64,000 nt of DNA from Candidatus Latescibacterota bacterium. GTDB taxonomy: Bacteria > Latescibacterota > UBA2968. Both the position numbers and the translations under genes were made by a program. The notes below the pieces were generated by a model that saw only the letters and a program-made list of their open reading frames with translations, was not told where the DNA came from and did not search any database. This document shows, one piece after another, positions 60,137 through 64,000 of the stretch. The stretch covers positions 3,360,001-3,424,000 of the forward strand of contig OZ220741.1 of assembly GCA_965116885.1 (NCBI GenBank). Direction: 5' to 3'. The stretch's first letter is position 1; the number at the start of each line of letters is the position of its first letter.

Positions 60137-60916
60137 TCAATTTTTGATCGGAATCACGTAGGTCCTGCGGGAGGCCTCCCGAAAGCCAAGTTTCGCTGCA
60201 ACTCGCAATGAGGCAAAGTTGTCCTCTCCCGTGCTCCAAACCGGAACTCGTCCTGCTTCCTGAAGCCGATTCGATACTATTGAGGCGGCGGCACTACACA
60301 GGCCTCTTTTGCGCCAGGGTTCAAGAGTGCCAACGCCAATCTCACCGTGAAGATCAGTGACGCCGCTTGTGTGAGCTATGGACACCAATTGGCCCTCATC
60401 AACAGCGCCCGCCACAATTCCCTCTGAGAGCATCGTTTCCATATCCTCATAGCCACCACCCTGTATTTCGATGGGTGCGGAGGCAATTAAGTTTCGGTCC
60501 TGCGTAGTCAATTCGCGGACATATTCACTTGTGAACAGTCGAACTGGCCTCGTCAACGAATGATAAACATCGCCGTAGTAACGTACTTTTACTCCGTTGG
60601 ACTTCTCTATCAGATCACCAAGCGGTTTGGCGCATTGTCGATTCACACCTATACAGTCCCAACCCTCCACCAACTGAAGCAATTCCCACAGTGCTCGCGC
60701 CTCGGTCCCAAATCCCCTGGGTTCTTCTGAATCGAAGTAGCCTTGGACAATAGCTGCGCTGAAGGAGGTGGGACTTCCCGCGACAAAAGCCTTGCACAAT
60801 TTTTTTCTCAGAAGGTGTACTGCCACTACAGTCTCGGGGGTATCACCCAGAGTATCCGCGAGTTCGGCAAAATCCGCTGAATCCAGTTGTGCGATGTCGT
60901 ATGCCATTGAAATCAC
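60137..60916 (-). CDS. GNAT family acetyltransferase (start GTG 60916 or ATG 60907)
   Basis: EIGVGTLEPWRKRGL, WST..DNFASLRVAAKLGF. Confidence 0.85.
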   Translation of the reverse strand: MISMAYDIAQLDSADFAELADTLGDTPETVVAVHLLRKKLCKAFVAGSPTSFSAAIVQGYFDSEEPRGFGTEARALWELLQLVEGWDCIGVNRQCAKPLGDLIEKSNGVKVRYYGDVYHSLTRPVRLFTSEYVRELTTQDRNLIASAPIEIQGGGYEDMETMLSEGIVAGAVDEGQLVSIAHTSGVTDLHGEIGVGTLEPWRKRGLCSAAASIVSNRLQEAGRVPVWSTGEDNFASLRVAAKLGFREASRRTYVIPIKN

Positions 60917-61633
60917 TCAGGTCAGTTTTTCGACCAGATCATCGTAGTCAGATGCGCTTACATCGAAGGTCTCAAGGGGCATAGTAGGCTCATCAGTCGG
61001 AAAGACCCTCCACCAGTCGTTTTCCCGATGTACGTATGCGGTTTTCAGGCCTGCGTCTTTGGCTCCCTTGAGATCGTTCGCATGCGCCGCTACCATCATC
61101 ACCTCATCTGGTGCGCAACCGAGGAGTTCAGCAGCCTGTTGATAAGCTCGCGTGTCTGTTTTATATCGTTCAAGAAATTCGCACGATAATATACCGTCCC
61201 AATTGAGGCTATTGTATTTAGAGCAATCTACGGCAATTGCGAAACTCAATACGGTCAATATGATGACTGAATAATGATCTCGCAATTTGTGTATTGCGCC
61301 AACGGCATCTGGCCAGGTCTTCATCCTGTGCCACACCAGATTCAGGTCGTCTCTTTCCTTCACTGAAAGATGAATGGTGTTGTAATTCTCGAGAATGTTG
61401 TCAAGTACGAGCCGATGAATAGCATCAGCGTTCATCTTTGGCAACTCATCTGTTTTTACTCGCGCCAACATCTCAAACATACCACTGCGCCAGTCTGTGG
61501 CGAACTGACGTACGTCAAACTTTACACCTTTTTTTGCTGACAATGCGCGGAGTTCAGCCTCAATTGTCCCTCTCCAATCAAAAACAGTACCTCCCACATC
61601 GAATGTAAGTGCTTTTACACCTGGATACTTCAT
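60917..61633 (-). CDS. Haloacid dehalogenase type II
   Basis: FDVGGTVFDW, WPD, YK, MMVAAH..DL.GA. Confidence 0.9.
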   Translation of the reverse strand: MKYPGVKALTFDVGGTVFDWRGTIEAELRALSAKKGVKFDVRQFATDWRSGMFEMLARVKTDELPKMNADAIHRLVLDNILENYNTIHLSVKERDDLNLVWHRMKTWPDAVGAIHKLRDHYSVIILTVLSFAIAVDCSKYNSLNWDGILSCEFLERYKTDTRAYQQAAELLGCAPDEVMMVAAHANDLKGAKDAGLKTAYVHRENDWWRVFPTDEPTMPLETFDVSASDYDDLVEKLT

Positions 61634-62943
61634 TGTTGACTCCTTGTATCTTCGACTCGAAGAGCATCCGTTATTTGGCCCTCTCTCTCAGCTCGAAAGT
61701 TTATAGATTTGCCATCTTTAACGGTGAAAGTCACCGTGTAATACGGATCGTTAGAAAAAAAGAAGGTGTGATTTCCTATGGCTCTAAGTGGACGACCACC
61801 TACTCTGAGTGTACCTTCTGCAACTGATACTGGGAATGGCAGGGGTGCCATAGTTGACCCCCACTTGTAAGTTCCCGTATAGATTGCGAGGTTATCTTCT
61901 GACACATGGATTTCATCAATTACGATTTCAGGAATCCTCAACATCAGGCGTGAAATTTGACTTTCAAGTTGTGCCTGTGGCGCAGAGTTGAGATTGCACA
62001 ATACAGTGACTGTAAGATCATCATCGGGGTAAGCAGATAATTGAGCACGAAATCCGTTTATGGTTCCGCCATGCTCAATTTTGCGATGCCCGTTGAGATT
62101 GCTCATGAAAAAACCATATCCGTATGTAGTTTGTTTTCCATTCCTTAAAAGACCTGGCTCAATCATTTTATTATAACTTTGTCGTGATATGAGTTGATTC
62201 TCGTTTAGTGCAGTCTGCCATTTCAGCAGGTCCAATACACTGGAACCCAATGAGCCGCCAGAGAATGGGTTATCCATGCCGAGGGGACGCGCCAAAACAA
62301 ATTCATTATCCTTATGGTCATAACCTGTTGCAATATTCATGATAGGTTTGATTTTTCCCAAATAGTGAGTGTCAAACATTTCCAAAGGTTGCCATACGTT
62401 CGCTTTGAGAAAGTCAGCATAGCTCATACCAGATACATTTTCGATTATCAAGCCCAGGAGGTAATACCCTGAGTTATTGTACTGGTAATTTTCACCTGGA
62501 GAGAATTCAACGGGTTCTGCTGAAAACAGACCAACGACCTCCTGCCGGGAAAGATCGCGTTCAGATATTTCCCAAAATCTCTCAATATCTGTATAGCTTT
62601 TGATGCCCGATGTATGGTTGAGAAGCTGATCAATCGTGACCTTATGATCTCTTTGGGGATAATTGGGCAGATAGTCCAGCATAATATCATTCAATTTCAC
62701 CTTGCCCTGTTCAACAAGAATCATGATGGCGAGGGCCGTAAACTGTTTCGTTATTGAGCCAATTCGGTAAACAGTATGTTCAGTAGCTTCTACTTTTTTA
62801 TTTAAATCTGCGTAGCCATATCCCCGCGCAAGAATGACCTCATTGTCGCGCATAACACCCACTGATGCCCCCACCAATTGGGTCTCATTTATCGCATTTT
62901 CTATAATTGCATCAATCTGATCTTGAATGGTTACGTCTGGCAT
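61630..62943 (-). CDS. Serine hydrolase, beta-lactamase (AmpC-like) fold
   Basis: SITK, LLNHTSG, YNN, HGG. Confidence 0.92.
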   Translation of the reverse strand: MPDVTIQDQIDAIIENAINETQLVGASVGVMRDNEVILARGYGYADLNKKVEATEHTVYRIGSITKQFTALAIMILVEQGKVKLNDIMLDYLPNYPQRDHKVTIDQLLNHTSGIKSYTDIERFWEISERDLSRQEVVGLFSAEPVEFSPGENYQYNNSGYYLLGLIIENVSGMSYADFLKANVWQPLEMFDTHYLGKIKPIMNIATGYDHKDNEFVLARPLGMDNPFSGGSLGSSVLDLLKWQTALNENQLISRQSYNKMIEPGLLRNGKQTTYGYGFFMSNLNGHRKIEHGGTINGFRAQLSAYPDDDLTVTVLCNLNSAPQAQLESQISRLMLRIPEIVIDEIHVSEDNLAIYTGTYKWGSTMAPLPFPVSVAEGTLRVGGRPLRAIGNHTFFFSNDPYYTVTFTVKDGKSINFRAEREGQITDALRVEDTRSQQ

Positions 62944-62958
62944 GAATTCACCATTTTT

Positions 62959-63765
62959 TTAATTCATACGACGAGTTCTTGCGACAAGAATCGGGGGGAT
63001 TTCGCCAAAATTTGTCCAGGAGAGTGATCGTTTTTCATTGGGTTTTGATTCAAAGACCGGTTCTTCCAAGCCATCGATCACAAAGCCAGCGTCAAAGCAG
63101 CTTTGAAAAAGCTGACTCAATGGTCTGTGAAAATAACGTGTGGGTACCGGCTGACCTTTTATACCAAGACCACGATACGTAGTGGGTGTGATATAAGTTG
63201 AAGTTTTGATTGAGTGACGAACTTCGATTTCACCGTCACAGTCTTCTTCCTCAACCATTTTAACTGCTCCTGGTGATTGAAAACAAGGATGTGCCAATGA
63301 GAAGACGAAACGTCCCTGCAATTTCAATATGGAACTTAAGGCGGCAAATAGGGGCTGGAGGGTGGCCATATCCATAAAAGCCTGGTTGCATACCACCGCG
63401 TCAAAATGATTTTCACCGAGACCGAGTAATTGGGTCCTATCAGTTGCATCGATGACTCGATATGTGATTCTGTCAGCTTGATTGGTCGTTCGCTTCCTGG
63501 CCTGAGTAATAAATGTTTTGCTAAAATCAATTGCCACAACTTCTGCACCTAATGTGGCAAGTCGTCGAGAAAAATTGCCGTTTCCACAAGCAACATCCAG
63601 AACCACTTCCCCCGGCTTTATGGCAAGCAGCCTTTCGACGGTCGGCCGAATAAGCTGATTGTGAAAATGGTTGCCTTCCCCAATATACTCATCCCAAAAG
63701 GCAGCATTCTGATCCCAAAACTCACGTGTTTCGGATGTTAGCTCTGGCCATTCTGAAGTGCTCAT
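62959..63765 (-). CDS. Class I SAM-dependent methyltransferase
   Basis: VLDVACGNG, FDAVVC, HPCF, FHRPLS. Confidence 0.92.
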   Translation of the reverse strand: MSTSEWPELTSETREFWDQNAAFWDEYIGEGNHFHNQLIRPTVERLLAIKPGEVVLDVACGNGNFSRRLATLGAEVVAIDFSKTFITQARKRTTNQADRITYRVIDATDRTQLLGLGENHFDAVVCNQAFMDMATLQPLFAALSSILKLQGRFVFSLAHPCFQSPGAVKMVEEEDCDGEIEVRHSIKTSTYITPTTYRGLGIKGQPVPTRYFHRPLSQLFQSCFDAGFVIDGLEEPVFESKPNEKRSLSWTNFGEIPPILVARTRRMN

Positions 63766-63788
63766 AGTTTATCCTTTTAGCTGTTATT

Positions 63789-64000
63789 CTATTTCCCATT
63801 ATCTGTTTCGCCGATCGCAGGCAACACATGACCAATTGCGATCCGGAATGCCTGATTGGCTACAGATGAGCCGTAGTTGCCACCCGTGAAGACGATGACC
63901 AAAGACAACTCTGGGATGGCGAAGATGAACTGACCGCCGTTTCCTTCGGCAGCAAGAACGTCAACTGATCGCCCGCGGTATGGAAAATGATCGAGCCACC
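63789..64000 (-). CDS. Serine hydrolase (beta-lactamase fold), C-terminal fragment cut by window edge
   Basis: Manual translation: AAEGNGGQFIFAIPELSLVIVFTGGNY...VLPAIGETDNGK*. Confidence 0.75.
   Translation of the reverse strand, partial: WLDHFPYRGRSVDVLAAEGNGGQFIFAIPELSLVIVFTGGNYGSSVANQAFRIAIGHVLPAIGETDNGK

Noticed and set aside
61630..62943. Bona fide beta-lactamase resistance gene
   Set aside because: SxxK/YxN/HGG motifs are shared by many esterases and peptidases; no signal peptide evident
28400..64000. Classical integron/CALIN with attC sites
   Set aside because: Most spacers are too short and none shows RYYYAAC...GTTRRRY paired boxes; no intI in window
1..64000. Numerous antisense and alternate-frame ORFs in the track (e.g. 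29819-30652, 44760-45473, 8566-9237)
   Set aside because: Shadow frames of well-supported genes with no motifs or RBS

Overview
Gene-dense bacterial chromosomal window. No rRNA, tRNA, CRISPR array, integrase or transposase was seen. Five PhyH-family dioxygenases, two sulfatase-fold enzymes, a heparinase II/III protein, a DUF6785-type membrane protein and several TA modules resemble marine/sponge-associated heterotrophs such as Latescibacterota or Poribacteria; this taxonomy is inference only. The left part (1-28.3 kb) holds core and catabolic genes: M16 peptidase, sucC without sucD, dnaK, a sulfatase/FAH/creatininase/enolase/PhyH operon, transaldolase, prenyl synthase and an MrfA-like helicase. 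Between sucC and dnaK sits a candidate defence insert: a sigma54-like promoter and 92-aa Cys-motif ORF, then a PHP-phosphoesterase/ABC-ATPase (Ppl/TrlF-like) gene overlapping a Schlafen/AlbA_2-HATPase gene. The right part (28.4-64 kb) is a cassette-like array of about 41 co-oriented minus-strand genes with only 3 plus-strand genes and no visible attC sites. Many array junctions contain 5-18 aa mini-ORFs that start on or beside the upstream stop codon and end on or near the downstream start. Two array genes (AAC(3)-like and a transferase) are internally deleted in ways that keep translation continuous. This suggests the array turns over by deletion or fusion under selection for uninterrupted translation. 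All family calls come from motif recognition by eye, not database searches.
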